NCBI RefSeq assembly: GCF_050920415.1
Contig: NZ_CP169309.1
DNA from: Escherichia coli
GTDB taxonomy: Bacteria > Pseudomonadota > Gammaproteobacteria > Enterobacterales > Enterobacteriaceae
Length of the DNA stretch: 64,000 nt
Direction: 5' to 3' (one strand)
Shown here: positions 32,804-42,935 of the stretch, piece by piece
How positions within the stretch are numbered: the first letter of the stretch is position 1
How the letters are laid out: the number at the start of each line of letters is the position of its first letter
Position numbers and translations under genes: made by a program
The notes under the pieces: generated by a model
The model's input: the letters and a program-made list of their open reading frames with translations, nothing else
Database searches by the model: none
What the model was told of the DNA's origin: nothing

Positions 32804-32848
32804 CCTAAAAGAAAGGGGCCAAATGGCCCCGATTATTGATCTTGTTTG

Positions 32849-33325
32849 TTATTCTACCGGGATATCGCCTACCGTTACCTGGCCCGCGCTTTCGCACTCA
32901 ATAGACCAGGTGGAAACGTCGTCGTGTGGATCTTCTTCTTTGAAGGTCGTGCAAAGGAACGGACCTTCAGTTACGTCTACAGGAGAAACAATCTTCAGCC
33001 ATACATAAGGTTGCGCTCCGGTGGCTTCACCTGGCGTCATTACGTGGCGTTTCAGCGCTTTCTGATTATGGATTTCTTCAGTACGGGATACGCCGTCGCC
33101 GGAGAAAGAAACGGATTTGTAAGTAACCATTGATTCTTTCGTGTAATCGGCTGATTTATCGGCGGTGGCGTCTGCGGTTTCCCATTCAACGGAAAGTGTT
33201 TTACCACGCATCATGCCTAACGCTTTGTACGCTCCAGCTTCCGGCTTCGCATTTGGACAAGCGATAGCGAAGAATACAGCAACGTCACGGCCTGTAAACG
33301 TGCCTTTTTCGCAAGTCTGAGACAT
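32849..33325 (-). CDS. putative major tail tube protein
   Basis: 158 aa directly upstream of chaperone/tape measure; synteny. Confidence 0.5.
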   Translation of the reverse strand: MSQTCEKGTFTGRDVAVFFAIACPNAKPEAGAYKALGMMRGKTLSVEWETADATADKSADYTKESMVTYKSVSFSGDGVSRTEEIHNQKALKRHVMTPGEATGAQPYVWLKIVSPVDVTEGPFLCTTFKEEDPHDDVSTWSIECESAGQVTVGDIPVE

Positions 33326-33337
33326 GTTAATTACCTC

Positions 33338-33724
33338 TTATCTTGATATGATGGTTTGAAAAGCTACGGTAAAAATAAAGCGCCCTTCTCTTGTCTGTAT
33401 TGCAGGAATAGCGCCAACTGGCTTCATGTGTGTAATTTTATCAGTTTTATATTCTGTTAACATACTTTGGCGGATGGCGTCAGCAAGGTCTTCCACTTCA
33501 CTGATATTTGCATCATTACGCGCCGAAATAACCAGGATGCGGAAATAATCACGGGTTATTGATTCTTCACCAGCCGCGCCGCCGTTCTGCTGGATCACGA
33601 TGTATCTGTCATTATTCGAATTACTTCGCTCATTCCAGAAACGGGCCTGCAAAATATAGCCCTCATCGTATCCGTGAGACTGTATCCAGTCTCTTATATT
33701 GTCGTAGACTTCGCTGCGTTTCAT
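33338..33724 (-). CDS. putative tail terminator/completion protein
   Basis: 128 aa; synteny in neck module. Confidence 0.35.
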   Translation of the reverse strand: MKRSEVYDNIRDWIQSHGYDEGYILQARFWNERSNSNNDRYIVIQQNGGAAGEESITRDYFRILVISARNDANISEVEDLADAIRQSMLTEYKTDKITHMKPVGAIPAIQTREGRFIFTVAFQTIISR

Positions 33725-34185
33725 ACTTTGTAACCTTCTACAATCTCTTTATAAATATCGTCGGCGTTGTTTGGATCTTCGAATGCCTTACGCAAAAATT
33801 CCGGCTCCGCGTTTGGGTCCCAATATTTACCTTTGCCAGTACCGCCGCCGAACTCAATTACCTGTTTCGGGCCGAAATCTGAAAGGTTATTGGTTTTCCC
33901 GAAATGTTCGCGCGGCTGGCCTTTTAATGTGCCCGGCATATTGTGCACCCATTCAGCATAGCGGGCCGTGTATCCAAGACGTAATTGCAAACCGTCCGCC
34001 GTGTTACCTATATACTGAAATTGACTGTTAATTAAAAACCCCGTATCGACCGGGGTCATGTTCGCCGCGAAGCCACCAGCCAGCATCCCTACTCGCCATA
34101 ACACCTCATGAGTTTTCTTATCTGTGATTTCCTTTAGCTCCTGCTTTAATCGCTCCCTGACACGTTTAACACCCTTGATAGGCAT
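33721..34185 (-). CDS. putative head-tail joining protein (HK97 gp10-like)
   Basis: 154 aa; synteny; start overlaps upstream stop. Confidence 0.4.
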   Translation of the reverse strand: MPIKGVKRVRERLKQELKEITDKKTHEVLWRVGMLAGGFAANMTPVDTGFLINSQFQYIGNTADGLQLRLGYTARYAEWVHNMPGTLKGQPREHFGKTNNLSDFGPKQVIEFGGGTGKGKYWDPNAEPEFLRKAFEDPNNADDIYKEIVEGYKV

Positions 34186-34187
34186 GA

Positions 34188-34556
34188 TTAACCCCCTGTC
34201 ACGATCTTATAATCCGGCGTGTCGTTAAACATGCTCATGTCCCATTCAACGATCCCGGTAATAACGTTGGCCCCAGCCGCCAGCGGGTCGGAAATATTAG
34301 TAGTGTCGCCAGTGGCAATCATCCAGCCGTTTTTCGGGCGCTGCACTGGCTGCATATTATGAAGCAGTTCGGTAAATACGGTTATTGTATTGCTAACCTC
34401 ATTGCCGTTTGTGTCTGTTGCAGTGCCGTCGGTGCGCTCCCATGCGCAGTTAATCAGGTATGGTGCGCCGTATACGTCGGCGTTTGTCCAGTCGTCATGC
34501 GTTACGGGGTAGATGGTGGCTAATGCCTTGTAACTGAATCGCGCAATCTTACTCAT
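34188..34556 (-). CDS. hypothetical head-tail connector protein
   Basis: 122 aa; synteny. Confidence 0.3.
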   Translation of the reverse strand: MSKIARFSYKALATIYPVTHDDWTNADVYGAPYLINCAWERTDGTATDTNGNEVSNTITVFTELLHNMQPVQRPKNGWMIATGDTTNISDPLAAGANVITGIVEWDMSMFNDTPDYKIVTGG

Positions 34557-34734
34557 AGCCGTAACTCCAGCTAATGACCTTTGGATGATTTTTCGCCACG
34601 CGCGGGCAAAGAATCACCCATTCACCAGCATCATTGAGATATGCCGCCACCTGTCGCCCGGTGTCAGTCTTCACCCATACGCGGGTAAACGGCTTCGGCA
34701 TTAGTGGCTTCGGTAGTGTTAGGTCGTTCCACAT
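34549..34734 (-). CDS. hypothetical small protein (61 aa)
   Basis: ORF coupled between neighbours. Confidence 0.25.
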   Translation of the reverse strand: MWNDLTLPKPLMPKPFTRVWVKTDTGRQVAAYLNDAGEWVILCPRVAKNHPKVISWSYGYE

Positions 34735-34736
34735 TG

Positions 34737-35123
34737 TTACATCCTCCTACTCTTACCGATCCATAGTCCGGCGTGCGCGGTGGCTTCGGGATCTGCCGGG
34801 ATTAGTTCGGCTGTGCAATTATGTTTGTCAATTGAACGAAGCAACGAGCAAGCTGCCTTCCATCTTTTATTAAAATCGACATAGCGGTAGGACTGGCTCG
34901 CGCCGTTCGGCCCTGTCTGTGAGGAAATGTATTTATCAGCCTGAGTTAGTCCTAACAGGCCAATGAGATAAAGCTGAATTAATGTTGCAGTGGAGGCCGG
35001 ATAATTGGCATCAAGGCATTCGTTTACGCTATTAGCCTGCTCCACCAGCAAAGATAAGATAATGTCTGGCAGGTCAATACCCTGGCTTTCAAGATATTCC
35101 CGTGCCTGTTCTGTAGTGACCAT
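34737..35123 (-). CDS. hypothetical head completion/adaptor protein
   Basis: start placed at MVTTEQAREYL downstream of the capsid-gene terminator. Confidence 0.3.
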   Translation of the reverse strand: MVTTEQAREYLESQGIDLPDIILSLLVEQANSVNECLDANYPASTATLIQLYLIGLLGLTQADKYISSQTGPNGASQSYRYVDFNKRWKAACSLLRSIDKHNCTAELIPADPEATAHAGLWIGKSRRM

Positions 35124-35140
35124 TTTGTTTGCTCCACATA

Positions 35141-35169
35141 CAAAAAAAATCCCCGGCATTGCGCCGGGG
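35141..35169 (-). terminator. rho-independent terminator/attenuator after major capsid gene
   Basis: ccccggc-attg-gccgggg hairpin with 8-T run on minus strand. Confidence 0.6.
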
Positions 35170-35189
35170 AGTTACAGGAAACGTTCTAA

Positions 35190-36245
35190 TTAAGATTTTT
35201 TACCGTAAACGACACCGGAACGGCCTAACATGTCGCTGGTGATCTGTAAGCCTTCTGCTGACATGATGCGGAAGTTGTAGTTATCGGTAGGCATGAGGCG
35301 CGGTAGCGGAACTACACCAGTAGTCATACCGATCAGCGGGGTAATCACTGATTTCTGGCGCTGGTAAGCGATGAACTCGTTACCTTTCAGTGCGAAGGTC
35401 TGACGAATTTCACCAACCGGGATGTACGGTTTAATTACATCCAGGACGCGACCAACAACCGCACCATTAACGACGTGAGGCGCGGCAAGGTTAGCCATGA
35501 TTTCAGGGGATACCCACATAACATCGTATTTAGCTACGAAGTTGTTGCGGGCCAGAGTACCGAAAGCGCCAGTAGTAAAGAATGCGATAATTTCCTGGAA
35601 GGTCATCGTAGTGAGATCTTCATTGGTCATCTTTAACTGCTGGGTATTGCGGTGATTTTTGATACCCTGTGCTTTTTTGCCTTCAACGACGATACGGTCG
35701 CTCCCTTCAAGGTAGAAGCGAACACGTTCTTTGTTGAATTTTTTCAGTTTCAGGCGCTGGCTATCCAGAGCAAGGTCGACACCAACGGTGTTTAAACCTG
35801 CTGCGTGACGCCAGTTAACCCCGTAACCTGCCGTGAACATCGGAATCGGATCGCCATCGCTACCGTATTCAGTATGATCGAAGCCATGAGGGGCTTGACC
35901 ATCCATAGAAATGACGACTTCATCATTGATGTCACCTGCTACGCTGTACATTTTCAGTGTTTTACCGATTGGCAGTACAGTCTGCACCCCCATCAGGTCG
36001 TTTACGATCTCGATACCAATTTCTTCGGTGTTTAGTTCGATGATCTGGTTGTCAATTTCCTGCCAGAACTCACGGGCAAAACCGCCAACGGCGTTACATG
36101 CCAGCATTTCAGGGGTCATATTGGCACGGTTAGCAGCAATCATAGAATCATGCTGCTGATTAAAGATGTTACGTTGCGCCCACATTTCTTGCCAGTGACT
36201 TTGCATACGGGCGTTAGTAGCAAGGTTTTCCCTAGTAAAATACAT
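35190..36245 (-). CDS. putative major capsid protein
   Basis: 351 aa; position after scaffold-like gene and before terminator. Confidence 0.55.
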   Translation of the reverse strand: MYFTRENLATNARMQSHWQEMWAQRNIFNQQHDSMIAANRANMTPEMLACNAVGGFAREFWQEIDNQIIELNTEEIGIEIVNDLMGVQTVLPIGKTLKMYSVAGDINDEVVISMDGQAPHGFDHTEYGSDGDPIPMFTAGYGVNWRHAAGLNTVGVDLALDSQRLKLKKFNKERVRFYLEGSDRIVVEGKKAQGIKNHRNTQQLKMTNEDLTTMTFQEIIAFFTTGAFGTLARNNFVAKYDVMWVSPEIMANLAAPHVVNGAVVGRVLDVIKPYIPVGEIRQTFALKGNEFIAYQRQKSVITPLIGMTTGVVPLPRLMPTDNYNFRIMSAEGLQITSDMLGRSGVVYGKKS

Positions 36246-36260
36246 TATGTATACCTCTCG

Positions 36261-36683
36261 TTATGCAATACGGACGCGAATAAAGTCAACTTCTCCCAGG
36301 GTTACGTTTTCCTGGCAGTAGGCGACAGCAATTTCAGGTGTTTCTGCTTCTGCATTAACCAGACGGAAGCCAGTTGCATCAATGGTGATAGCTGCGTCTT
36401 TGACGTAATCGCCAGCCGGGAGACGGATTGCGAACTCACGCCCCTCTTCCATGTAGTCAGCGACCATCATTTCATCTTTTGCGATCTTGTCACCAATGCC
36501 TTTACCCTGGTGATAAGCAGGCATAGCAACATATAAACGACCTTCTCCTTTGGTTGCCGGAGTGAATTTGCCGTTAGCGATAACAACAGGTGCGCCAGGT
36601 TGAACGTCAGCGGCTGCTAGATAGCTTTCGGTAATGGATTTACCGTCAATATTTACACGACGAAAACGAAACATTGTTATCAC
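36261..36683 (-). CDS. hypothetical head protein (decoration/accessory)
   Basis: 140 aa; synteny. Confidence 0.3.
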   Translation of the reverse strand: MITMFRFRRVNIDGKSITESYLAAADVQPGAPVVIANGKFTPATKGEGRLYVAMPAYHQGKGIGDKIAKDEMMVADYMEEGREFAIRLPAGDYVKDAAITIDATGFRLVNAEAETPEIAVAYCQENVTLGEVDFIRVRIA

Positions 36684-36686
36684 CCC

Positions 36687-37961
36687 TTATGCTTTGAAAT
36701 AGGTGTTAAAGTCCGGGACTTCGCCTTTTTTACCTTCGTTTGCTGCGTTGGTTGCCATCGGCGCGGCTTTGCCCAGGGATTTAAACATTGCATCGAGCGC
36801 ATCACCGCTTAATGCGTTAGCAACAATTTCGCCGTGTACTTTCGCAACTGCGGCGCGTTTTTCTGCTTCTTCTTTATTTGCGTTGGCTGCAATTTTTTCT
36901 TTAATTGCTTTCTGGTTGGTCTGTAATTCTTCCACGCTTGCCTGTACTGGTTTCAATGCCTCTGCTACTGCATTAGCGATATTGGCTGATAAGCCTTCGT
37001 TAATTTCTTTTACCAGTTCGGCGCGTTCTTCTTTGGTCAAAGGCATGGGATCGTCCTCCGATTTATTGGCCTTAATTTTTTCATTCAGGGAGAAAAGATT
37101 AGAAAGGTGTTCAGCGAACTGCGTAAACCAGGATTTACTTTCCTCGTTGGTTGCAAGCTCGCCATTATTGAGAATAATTTTATCAGCCTGTTTTTCATAT
37201 GCGCAAACTTGAGCACTTTCTGTATTAGTGGCGATCGTCACCTCTTTATCAGTAAAGTCCACTACATACACATAATCAGCATCAGGGAATAATTCCCGCG
37301 CCGCGTCGGTTAATTGTTTCTCAAGTGTGCGGTAGCTGTTTTCTTTCATTGCCACTGCCATTAACGGTCTCGCCTGGTCAGTATTAACCATCAGGCCAAC
37401 CCCTTGCTCAGGTGATGCGGCGGGCGGCTCATGCAGCAAAATAGCGTCATGGTCGATCGACATGATTTTCACTACATGATCAGCACCCTGGGCTTTCATT
37501 TCTTCGGTGGCTGGCATACGCTGGCGATATACAGCGACGGAGGACCAGATCGGATCCTTGCTTTCACCTTTTTCCAGTGCTTCCAGTCGGGTTAATAATT
37601 CGCGCCCCTGTTCTGAATGGCTGGCTGTTTCAATATCCACCCATTTTTCCACATAAACACGATTGCCGCGTAATTCAACGTTTCTGTTCCACGCTCCACA
37701 AAAACCCGTATTCAATCCTTCAGGGCTAAATGCGGAAACAAATTTACCGTCCACGGTAGGATGGCCCAGCGGGGCAAGCGTACCCTCCAGTGACTGGTAA
37801 TTAGCGATAATTTCAGCTTCCGGGTAATATTCCCGATTCATTACGATGTTAAAGGGTAACGTGTAGGACGGGACAACAATATGTTCACGCCCGTTATACG
37901 TTTCACGGCGGATTGTATTAGCGGTTAATTTTGTATTAACCTGAATCAATTCTTTACTCAC
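36687..37961 (-). CDS. putative scaffolding / prohead core protein
   Basis: 424 aa with acidic, coiled-coil C-terminal half; between head morphogenesis and capsid genes. Confidence 0.4.
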   Translation of the reverse strand: MSKELIQVNTKLTANTIRRETYNGREHIVVPSYTLPFNIVMNREYYPEAEIIANYQSLEGTLAPLGHPTVDGKFVSAFSPEGLNTGFCGAWNRNVELRGNRVYVEKWVDIETASHSEQGRELLTRLEALEKGESKDPIWSSVAVYRQRMPATEEMKAQGADHVVKIMSIDHDAILLHEPPAASPEQGVGLMVNTDQARPLMAVAMKENSYRTLEKQLTDAARELFPDADYVYVVDFTDKEVTIATNTESAQVCAYEKQADKIILNNGELATNEESKSWFTQFAEHLSNLFSLNEKIKANKSEDDPMPLTKEERAELVKEINEGLSANIANAVAEALKPVQASVEELQTNQKAIKEKIAANANKEEAEKRAAVAKVHGEIVANALSGDALDAMFKSLGKAAPMATNAANEGKKGEVPDFNTYFKA

Positions 37962-37967
37962 GGTTTT

Positions 37968-38864
37968 TTACTCCCAATCTTCGCCATATTTAGCGTGCGC
38001 AACTTTATAGTTTTCTTGCGCCCGATTTAATATTCGTTCGTTTAATATGTTACCGTCTTCGTCAACTAATACGGTAATCGTGCTACATTTGCAGTTAATA
38101 GAATTTGGGGATCTGCTCCACCATTCGCGCTGCTCATCTATGGTGTATGTTTTCCCGTGCCGTTGCGCGTGCGATAGCCTGGTTGTCGGTGACAATGCCG
38201 AAATGTGCATTTGCATAGTGCGCAGATTAAATTCTTCTGTCGCCGCTTCTGCCTCATCCATACGCGCTGTGCGTAACGCTGTGCATATTTCAGTTCGGGC
38301 AATACGTTTGCATCTGTATAGCGGTAACTGCGTATCCTGATTCAATGTGCGCGCTATTTCCAGTGGATTTAAACCACGGGCCATGCCTTCAGTTAATCGG
38401 CGGGCCATATCCTTTTTTATCTGTGCGGTCAGACCGCGCATCTCTTCAAATACACGGGTACGCACCAGGGCAAGGCGTGTGCGGTAAGTTGTGCTGGATA
38501 GCACGGCGGATACATCAGGATAAGCGCTTGAATATGTGACAGACTGGTTAGCAAGGTTGGCGTATTCCTGCGCGGTCCCTCGCTGATATGCAACCTTCAC
38601 GTACTCCTGCCAAAACCAAAAACTTTCCGGGTCGGTTAGCTCGAATATCTCATCAATCATGTTGCTGGCATCCTCCAGCATGTCGTGCAATTCATCCATG
38701 TAAATCTGGAAGGTGTATTTCTTATTAACAGCCAGGCTATATTGTATTCTGTCCAGTATGGCGATATATGGATCGGCTATTTTCTTCAGGCAGGATTTAA
38801 AACGCTTAATAGCGCCCGACCGCAACTTACCTGTCATGGTCGGGTCTTCGGTGTTAGATGGCAT
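37968..38864 (-). CDS. head morphogenesis protein (Mu F / SPP1 gp7-like)
   Basis: about 298 aa following portal; start position uncertain (overlaps portal 3' end). Confidence 0.6.
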   Translation of the reverse strand: MPSNTEDPTMTGKLRSGAIKRFKSCLKKIADPYIAILDRIQYSLAVNKKYTFQIYMDELHDMLEDASNMIDEIFELTDPESFWFWQEYVKVAYQRGTAQEYANLANQSVTYSSAYPDVSAVLSSTTYRTRLALVRTRVFEEMRGLTAQIKKDMARRLTEGMARGLNPLEIARTLNQDTQLPLYRCKRIARTEICTALRTARMDEAEAATEEFNLRTMQMHISALSPTTRLSHAQRHGKTYTIDEQREWWSRSPNSINCKCSTITVLVDEDGNILNERILNRAQENYKVAHAKYGEDWE

Positions 38865-40227
38865 TATCGCGGAGGGCGGTATTCTCCTGATTATTTTCTT
38901 CACCTTCATCATCGTTTTCCTCGTCTTCCAGTTCTACTTCACTAGCTGGGCCATCGTATCCGGCAGCTTCGCGGATCTCATCGCCGCTAAATATTTCCTC
39001 ACCAGTAGCGAGACATGCCTGATTGATTTGCGCCATCTTGTGTGCCGCTTCCAGTAGTTCGGCTTTTGTCATAGCATTCAGGTCATCCCATAAAACTGAT
39101 ATATCGACTGGCATACTGATAAGGCGTAGATCTGCCATCTTGCGGAATAGTTCTTCAAGCTCGCCTCCGATTTCCTCACGACGGGTCATACAGCGATTAT
39201 TGAAGTAGCGGAGGTCTTCAGTTGATGCGCGTTCACCCTGCTGATTGCCAACCAGAATACGCGTTGGAATGTCGATACCAGCGGCGGCGGTTTGCAGGTT
39301 GACGTCATAGGTTGCAGATGGATCGGCTACGGCAGTGACCAGCGGGCTAACGGTAGCTCCCTGTAATGCCATCATCACATCATTACCTTTGTTTATATCC
39401 TCTGCCGCTTCATTGAATTTTTCGCGTAGCTCTGTAACGTCGCAACCGTATGTTGCAGCCAGAGAACGGAAATCAATCTCTTTGTCGAATGAGATAGCTA
39501 GTTGACGTGCGGCGTTTTTAAGGAATGACTCACCGCTACCACCTTCCACTTTCTCCAGCGAAACGAAAGCGTTATAGGATGGCTCAAGGAAAGCGATAGC
39601 ATCATCAGAATAGTCACCAAATATAAAGATCCGGTCTGGATGGATTTTCCTTGCTATGGTCTTATTGTTGATGCGTTCTTTGTATTCCCACCATGTCGGC
39701 AGGCCATAGTTTTCATTATCCGGGTTTTCTTCGAAGTCCTTCGGCGTCAGAGCGCCAGCCCACACAGGGGTGAATTTGGCAATGCCTGCACCTTTCGTCA
39801 CTGGCTTATCCCACGGCTGGCTATCTCTGACATGAATTAACAGGCCCGCATAACGACCGATGAGGCGGCGGCGATCACATTCAGCTATGACGCGCCAGAA
39901 TCGATTATCGAATCGTTTTTTGATTTCTCTTTCCCACGGCGTTTCCTTTTCTGCTTTCTCGTCTTCCGTGCCTTCAATCATCGCTGGCCTGGTGCGCCAA
40001 CACGTCGTGATAATCTTTTCAATAGCACCGTGAGCGATACCACCGCGACGATACAGCTTATAAAGATCATCATAGGTGATCTCTTCTTTGAATCCGTATT
40101 CACTCCAGGCGGCATCACGCTTTGCATCAATACCCATTGAGAAAGGATGCGCGGCGGCATAGCGTGCAAAGGCCACCTGACGTTGTGACAAGGCAGCATT
40201 AACCGCCAATTCTAAATTGGATGGCAT
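38854..40227 (-). CDS. portal protein
   Basis: about 457 aa from MPSNLELAV with AGGAG RBS; acidic C-terminus; directly downstream of TerL. Confidence 0.7.
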   Translation of the reverse strand: MPSNLELAVNAALSQRQVAFARYAAAHPFSMGIDAKRDAAWSEYGFKEEITYDDLYKLYRRGGIAHGAIEKIITTCWRTRPAMIEGTEDEKAEKETPWEREIKKRFDNRFWRVIAECDRRRLIGRYAGLLIHVRDSQPWDKPVTKGAGIAKFTPVWAGALTPKDFEENPDNENYGLPTWWEYKERINNKTIARKIHPDRIFIFGDYSDDAIAFLEPSYNAFVSLEKVEGGSGESFLKNAARQLAISFDKEIDFRSLAATYGCDVTELREKFNEAAEDINKGNDVMMALQGATVSPLVTAVADPSATYDVNLQTAAAGIDIPTRILVGNQQGERASTEDLRYFNNRCMTRREEIGGELEELFRKMADLRLISMPVDISVLWDDLNAMTKAELLEAAHKMAQINQACLATGEEIFSGDEIREAAGYDGPASEVELEDEENDDEGEENNQENTALRDNAI

Positions 40228-40306
40228 AATGTTTACTCCTGAATGCATGTTTACGCGTTGCTACGCGAAAAATAGAAAAATTCGTGATGGATTTGTGAGA
40301 TGGTTT

Positions 40307-41791
40307 TTAAAATCCGCGCAGGCGCTTAGGTAACATAAGGCCCATTGCCTGAGGCTGGCTTAATTCAGTGATACCCCATACCATTGCGTCGAGGCGGTCC
40401 GGGGATTTTTTAGCGGTAGCTGGCACGTATTCCATCATTTGATTTTCCAGCGTGTACAGGCTGCCTGTGTGGGCCACCCTTCCCTGTGCATACAGTGCCG
40501 ATATTGGCTCGGCGCGGGCGAATTTACCTTTGCTTGCGTGCACCTTAACAATGCGGCCTTTGAATCCGGCATTACGTAGCGTGGCTTCCGCCATCTCCCC
40601 GCCCTGGTTTGTTTCGATAACTATCGCGTCAGCTTCATGGATCTCATAAGCGTTCATTGCGGCTTGCGCCCAGTCGTTAGGAGACATGCGGCCTGAGTAG
40701 TCGCCGTCTACTGAATATTGCGCGTGCTTACCACCACCATAAGCGGAACAAGCCATAATCCCTGTTTCGTCAGACTCTTCCGATGATGTTGTTGCCGGGT
40801 CAATGGCTATCACCGTGCGGATCTTGTCCTGCGTTATCTGCATCCGGTGAGCGGCGGTTATCATCGCTTCAGTCCATAACGCGCCTTCTTCGTCGAATTT
40901 ACGCGGGCGCTGCATGTACTGGGCCTCAAATGACCGTCTGTGCGCCTTCAGTCCGGCTTCATGGCTGTCATTGTGCTTTTTAGGCCATAGCCAGCCGTCC
41001 GGCAGGTTGTGAGCAATAGGGATGGCGAATTCGTTTTCCGGGTACAGATCCCAATAGTCGATGCTATTGTCGATCTTCACTGGCAGGTTAAGGTGATACC
41101 ATTTCTCACCACTGCCACCGCGTAACAGGTAGCCGGACAAATCATCGTAGTGGATGCGCTGCATAATGACGATCACGGGCGTGGTTTGCACTGCCAGACG
41201 TGAAGCCAGCGTGTCGTTATAGTTGGTCTTTACCTTCTCCCGCATCACATCAGAGTAAGCGTCAGCGGGCTTTAATGGGTCGTCGATAATCATCGCGCCG
41301 TTAAAGCCTGGCTCCATGTAACCAGCACGAAAACCCGTAATCTGACCGTGTGACGATGCGGCATATATCCCGCCGCCCTGTTCCGTCCACCACATCGATT
41401 TACTGTTGGCATCGTTGCGGATCTTCATGGGCCATAGCTTTTGGTATTCCTGCGAACAAACCATGCTTCTGACTGTCGATGAATTGAGTAATGCCAGATT
41501 GTCGGAATAGGAAACATGAAGGAAGCGTGTGCGGGGATTTATTGCGAGGGACCGCGCCATCATATTGATGGTTGCGATCATGGTTTTACCGTACCCTGGG
41601 GGGATGTTAATGATGAGGCGGGTAATCTCACCATTAATAACACGCTGTAGCGCATCACGGATGGCTATGTGGTGTCCTGAGATTAACATCTTCGTTCCGT
41701 TTGCTTGCTTGTAGAAGTAACGGTTGAAGAACAGGCCATCGTTTTCACATTTTGACTGAATAACCCTTTCTTTGATGGACAACATAATCAC
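40307..41791 (-). CDS. terminase large subunit
   Basis: 494 aa; P-loop PPGYGKT, DDPLKP Walker B-like, C-terminal nuclease region; coupled to TerS. Confidence 0.85.
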   Translation of the reverse strand: MIMLSIKERVIQSKCENDGLFFNRYFYKQANGTKMLISGHHIAIRDALQRVINGEITRLIINIPPGYGKTMIATINMMARSLAINPRTRFLHVSYSDNLALLNSSTVRSMVCSQEYQKLWPMKIRNDANSKSMWWTEQGGGIYAASSHGQITGFRAGYMEPGFNGAMIIDDPLKPADAYSDVMREKVKTNYNDTLASRLAVQTTPVIVIMQRIHYDDLSGYLLRGGSGEKWYHLNLPVKIDNSIDYWDLYPENEFAIPIAHNLPDGWLWPKKHNDSHEAGLKAHRRSFEAQYMQRPRKFDEEGALWTEAMITAAHRMQITQDKIRTVIAIDPATTSSEESDETGIMACSAYGGGKHAQYSVDGDYSGRMSPNDWAQAAMNAYEIHEADAIVIETNQGGEMAEATLRNAGFKGRIVKVHASKGKFARAEPISALYAQGRVAHTGSLYTLENQMMEYVPATAKKSPDRLDAMVWGITELSQPQAMGLMLPKRLRGF

Positions 41792-42273
41792 ACCTCGTCT
41801 TCTACTTCCTGGACGATGCGGGCGATCTCTTCTTTCGTGACTTCAACCTGGACGGGCGCTTCTTCCTTGTTGCCAATAATCTCTTGTGTGACGCGTTCGC
41901 CATATTTACGCGGTTGCAGTTTTGCCAGTAACCATTTGCGCGTTTCAATCATTAGTTGGTGGCGGCGTAGTTGGTCTTTATCAACGTTTTTAGCATCATC
42001 AGCAATGTCGATGATTTCATCAGCTAATACCTCGAAACCGATCTCCTTCGCGCGCATATACATGTCCGAAAATTCAGGCACATCCCTAAACCACTTAAGA
42101 ATTGTTGAACGTGATGGCATACCAGGCATCTTCGAAATTTTGTTAACGCTCTGACCGTCCGCCACCAGCTCACAAATCTCTAACGCCTTTTCTTCGGTAT
42201 AACCATGCGGACGGCCCACCTTTTTAGCGGCTGGCTTTTTGTCGTCAGCATTTGCCTTTTTAGTGCGGGCCAT
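41788..42273 (-). CDS. terminase small subunit
   Basis: 161 aa; basic N-terminus and HTH-like region; GAGGTGA RBS; immediately upstream of TerL. Confidence 0.7.
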   Translation of the reverse strand: MARTKKANADDKKPAAKKVGRPHGYTEEKALEICELVADGQSVNKISKMPGMPSRSTILKWFRDVPEFSDMYMRAKEIGFEVLADEIIDIADDAKNVDKDQLRRHQLMIETRKWLLAKLQPRKYGERVTQEIIGNKEEAPVQVEVTKEEIARIVQEVEDEV

Positions 42274-42283
42274 ATTTCACCTC

Positions 42284-42367
42284 TCAATATTTATTGATGA
42301 TATATACGCAAGCTACAAAACTTGCACAGTATGTTAATACTTCCAACCAGTCGAATAGCTCTTTCAT
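42284..42367 (-). CDS. mini-ORF array member 10 (27 aa hydrophobic peptide)
   Basis: MKELFDWLEVLTYCASFVACVYIINKY; AGGGTAAACA RBS. Confidence 0.4.
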   Translation of the reverse strand: MKELFDWLEVLTYCASFVACVYIINKY

Positions 42368-42377
42368 TGTTTACCCT

Positions 42378-42449
42378 TTACATAATCGAAAGCGCCCAGG
42401 TAATAAGGACGATAGCCAAAACCATGCAGATAAAATCTGACTCTCTCAT
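42378..42449 (-). CDS. mini-ORF array member 9 (23 aa hydrophobic peptide)
   Basis: MRESDFICMVLAIVLITWALSIM; AAGGTGGA RBS. Confidence 0.4.
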   Translation of the reverse strand: MRESDFICMVLAIVLITWALSIM

Positions 42450-42463
42450 ATTGTCCACCTTGT

Positions 42464-42532
42464 TTACGCGAAGAAAACAATAACAGCTAACAGCGTGCAT
42501 ATAGCCATAATTAAGAAATCACTATCAGACAT
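42464..42532 (-). CDS. mini-ORF array member 8 (22 aa hydrophobic peptide)
   Basis: MSDSDFLIMAICTLLAVIVFFA; GGGAG RBS; start overlaps member 7 stop. Confidence 0.35.
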   Translation of the reverse strand: MSDSDFLIMAICTLLAVIVFFA

Positions 42533-42599
42533 TGATAATCACTCCCACGATAATTAACGCTGCTATACATACGAACAATACAGCTTCGATAACATCCAT
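42525..42599 (-). CDS. mini-ORF array member 7 (24 aa hydrophobic peptide)
   Basis: MDVIEAVLFVCIAALIIVGVIINV; AGGTGA RBS. Confidence 0.4.
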   Translation of the reverse strand: MDVIEAVLFVCIAALIIVGVIINV

Positions 42600-42607
42600 T
42601 CGCTCAC

Positions 42608-42676
42608 CTATTGAGTTAGCGCGGTCATGGTAAGAACAATCGCAACGATCAGGAAAAAGAAATCAAGCCATTTCAT
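42608..42676 (-). CDS. mini-ORF array member 6 (22 aa hydrophobic peptide)
   Basis: MKWLDFFFLIVAIVLTMTALTQ; ATGA overlap with member 5 stop. Confidence 0.4.
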   Translation of the reverse strand: MKWLDFFFLIVAIVLTMTALTQ

Positions 42677-42753
42677 TTTTTAAACTCCCGATAAACATCT
42701 ACGGCAATCACTGTAATAACAGCCACCAGCAATAGCATTTCATATGCGTTCAT
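42673..42753 (-). CDS. mini-ORF array member 5 (26 aa hydrophobic peptide)
   Basis: MNAYEMLLLVAVITVIAVDVYREFKK; AGGTGA RBS. Confidence 0.4.
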   Translation of the reverse strand: MNAYEMLLLVAVITVIAVDVYREFKK

Positions 42754-42761
42754 GCTTTCAC

Positions 42762-42836
42762 CTATACAACGTTATTCCACCAGAAATAGATAATGACTGC
42801 GACCAACGACCACCAGATGAGATCGTAAATGTTCAT
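42762..42836 (-). CDS. mini-ORF array member 4 (24 aa hydrophobic peptide)
   Basis: MNIYDLIWWSLVAVIIYFWWNNVV; weak RBS, likely coupled. Confidence 0.35.
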   Translation of the reverse strand: MNIYDLIWWSLVAVIIYFWWNNVV

Positions 42837-42848
42837 GATTAAATACCG

Positions 42849-42923
42849 TCAGCTCTCAATGAATATCATGATCGCCAGCCATACAGCGACGCAGGCAGAA
42901 AGAACAATAAGCGGATCAATCAT
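42849..42923 (-). CDS. mini-ORF array member 3 (24 aa hydrophobic peptide)
   Basis: MIDPLIVLSACVAVWLAIMIFIES; GGGTGG RBS. Confidence 0.4.
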   Translation of the reverse strand: MIDPLIVLSACVAVWLAIMIFIES

Positions 42924-42935
42924 ATTGCCACCCAT